A stretch of 63,972 nucleotides of DNA, filler included, from Octopus bimaculoides (lineage: Eukaryota), in the NCBI RefSeq assembly GCF_001194135.2. It is 6 parts of 5 records of this genome, joined end to end, with 100 filler letters (N's around TTAATTAATTAA, not from the genome) between each part and the next. Parts side by side here need not be neighbours in the genome. Positions count along the whole stretch, not along the records: positions 56,991 to 61,731 come from NC_068981.1; positions 61,832 to 63,972 come from NW_026349530.1; 4 more parts are not named here. The stretch is one strand, 5' to 3'. Position 1 is the stretch's first letter. The number at the start of each line of letters is the position of its first letter. The notes below the pieces were generated by a model. The model worked only from the letters and a program-made list of their open reading frames with translations. It did not search any database and had not been told where the DNA came from. A program made the translations under genes and the position numbers. Shown here piece after piece: positions 61,135 to 63,972 of the stretch.

Positions 61135-61674
61135 GTTGTTGTTGTTGTTGTTGTTGTTATCATTATTGTTATTATTGTTATTATTGTTGTTGTTATTATG
61201 ATCACTCATTAACTGAATCATTTCACCTCAGGATGTGGTGTTGACGTTAGCTCCTTTTTTATGATAAAAACTGCAATAAAATCTCCATATAATTATACAC
61301 TCCTACTTTTAACAAGCCAAGAAAAATAAATAAATGAACAACAACAACAACGAAACCGTTTGATACAATCACTCTAAATTACTATAACAGAAGTACTAAA
61401 GCAAAAGAAAAATAAACAACACACAAGCACACGCACAAACACATACACACACACACACATACATATAATACAAATAACAACGCAGATAAATCAACTGCAA
61501 CAAGAGTAATTCAACAATTCAAAACTGAAAATGCACATATACGGTTTTAGAAAAAGCATACAAACAAAAAATCAGAGTGATATTGTGGATGATGATTAGA
61601 TTTTGATGACGGAGACAATGAGACATCCTATGACAAACAGTTCTTAGATTTGAAAGAAAATGGCTAGCGGAGTC

Positions 61675-61731
<57 letters not shown>

Positions 61732-61831
61732 NNNNNNNNNNNNNNNNNNNNNNNNNNNNNNNNNNNNNNNNNNNNTTAATTAATTAANNNNNNNNNNNNN
61801 NNNNNNNNNNNNNNNNNNNNNNNNNNNNNNN

Positions 61832-63843
61832 ATTGACATCTTTATCTGACATGCTAAACAGAACTGGATGTGTATGTAACTGTTACAGCAAAACAATCAA
61901 GCATCTCTAGTATGAGGAACATTTAAAACTGTATGCTACAAATGATAAACAGCTGGAAACATCACTACTGACAGTACATGGATTTACCAAAGAAACAAAC
62001 ATGAAATTTGGCTTAGAAAAATATGCCAAAGTAGCCTTGAAAACAGGAAAGCTAGTTAAGTGTAACAACATCACACTAGATAAAGCAAATTAAATAACTG
62101 AATTAGATCAAAGCCAGACATACAAATACTTAAGAATCAATGAACTAGATACGAAACAAGACACATAAATGAAAAAGAGGATAAGAAAGGACTACTATAG
62201 ACGAGTTAGATTAATACAGAGCTCAATGCGAAAAATAAGATATTAGGTATCAATATTCTAGCCGACTCAGTTATAANNNNNNNNNNNNNNNNNNNNNNNN
62301 NNNNNNNNNNNNNNNNNNNNNNNNNNNNNNNNNNNNNNNNNNNNNNNNNNNNNNNNNNNNNNNNNNNNNNNNNNNNNNNNNNNNNNNNNNNNNNNNNNNN
62401 NNNNNNNNNNNNNNNNNNNNNNNNNNNNNNNNNNNNNNNNNNNNNNNNNNNNNNNNNNNNNNNNNNNNNNNNNNNNNNNNNNNNNNNNNNNNNNNNNNNN
62501 NNNNNNNNNNNNNNNNNNNNNNNNNNNNNNNNNNNNNNNNNNNNNNNNNNNNNNNNNNNNNNNNNNNNNNNNNNNNNNNNNNNNNNNNNNNNNNNNNNNN
62601 NNNNNNNNNNNNNNNNNNNNNNNNNNNNNNNNNNNNNNNNNNNNNNNNNNNNNNNNNNNNNNNNNNNNNNNNNNNNNNNNNNNNNNNNNNNNNNNNNNNN
62701 NNNNNNNNNNNNNNNNNNNNNNNNNNNNNNNNNNNNNNNNNNNNNNNNNNNNNNNNNNNNNNNNNNNNNNNNNNNNNNNNNNNNNNNNNNNNNNNNNNNN
62801 NNNNNNNNNNNNNNNNNNNNNNNNNNNNNNNNNNNNNNNNNNNNNNNNNNNNNNNNNNNNNNNNNNNNNNNNNNNNNNNNNNNNNNNNNNNNNNNNNNNN
62901 NNNNNNNNNNNNNNNNNNNNNNNNNNNNNNNNNNNNNNNNNNNNNNNNNNNNNNNNNNNNNNNNNNNNNNNNNNNNNNNNNNNNNNNNNNNNNNNNNNNN
63001 NNNNNNNNNNNNNNNNNNNNNNNNNNNNNNNNNNNNNNNNNNNNNNNNNNNNNNNNNNNNNNNNNNNNNNNNNNNNNNNNNNNNNNNNNNNNNNNNNNNN
63101 NNNNNNNNNNNNNNNNNNNNNNNNNNNNNNNNNNNNNNNNNNNNNNNNNNNNNNNNNNNNNNNNNNNNNNNNNNNNNNNNNNNNNNNNNAGAATATATTC
63201 ACACACCCGACAGAATTGGGACCTATATACACTGGAAGCTATGCAAACACAATGGAATAACCTTTCTACTTACTCATTAGTTTAAGGCTTAGAATAACAA
63301 TAACTATGGAATAGCAACAGAGAAAAAGATGGTATAGGCACACCCCAGAAAAAGTCGCAGAAATTGAGAAAGCTACCATACTCTGGGATATGCCAATACA
63401 CACAGATAGAGAAACCAAGGCTAATACGCCGGATATAGTTGTCAGAGATCACCAAGAAAAAATGCCTTCTAATCAGTGTATCAATACCAACAGATGACAA
63501 TGTTCCTCTAAATGAAACGGAGAAACTTTCAAAATACAAAGATCTAGAAATAGAGGTAACTCGAATGTGGAGCCTAAAAACAGAAGCAATTCCTATCATA
63601 GTAGGCGCATTAGGTATGGTAAAGAACATTCAGACAAATACATAACAAAATCACCAGGACTTACAAGTAGGTATAAAATCCAGAAAATAGCACTGCTAGG
63701 TACACATCTTACGTAAAACACTTTCAATACAGTGAAAATAAGAGCACCACAACGAACCACAGCCCATATCCAAGGCACACAGAGCTGCGCTCAGTAGTGC
63801 AGTGAAATCAGATGATAAAAATAAGACTACTGAATAATAATAA
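61832..63843 (+). mobile_element. R4/Dong-type non-LTR element, 3' portion spanning a gap and ending in (AAT)n
   Basis: LKLYATNDKQLE...MKFGLEKYAK...YKYL before the gap. ILWDMPIHTDRE...PDIVVRD...SIPTDDNV...EKLSKYKDLEIEVTRMWSLKT...IIVGALG after it, then the 3' UTR. Confidence 0.9.
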
Positions 63844-63972
63844 TCCTTTCCACTATGGGCACAAAGAGTTTTTTTTTGGGGTGGGGTTATAATCTATCAC
63901 ATCGAAGCCAGTGCTCAACAAATATTGTAAGGACTAATTGGATAAAAGCCAAGATAGGCAAAAGCCAACTAG

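Overview
This is AT-rich, microsatellite-saturated eukaryotic DNA from a draft assembly, with many N gaps. Five of the gaps are artificial 44N-TTAATTAATTAA-44N joins. The SINE families and repeat landscape look like a coleoid cephalopod (Octopus-like); that is an inference, not a database result. Most of the long six-frame ORFs are artefacts of microsatellites or N runs. Two host-gene traces are supported. One is a 44-bp exon of a Polycomb-type (Pc/CBX) chromodomain at 13295-13338 (+). The other is a probable TATA-driven first exon encoding a signal peptide at 47322-47391 (-). The rest is decayed mobile DNA: tRNA-derived SINEs, mariner, hAT, Tigger-like and Helitron-like DNA elements, CR1/L2-type and R4/Dong-type LINEs, one Ty3/Gypsy remnant and Penelope-like elements. 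The most interesting non-obvious signals are three minimal hammerhead-ribozyme-like motifs (two at the 3' end of Penelope-like remnants, two with a non-canonical TGTT core), a degenerate 45-bp repeat array with conserved cores and variable spacers at about 6.0-6.95 kb, and a CpG-decayed block bounded by two scaffold joins. I found no rRNA, genuine tRNA, CRISPR array or prokaryotic operon, and no complete novel system can be demonstrated from this window alone.
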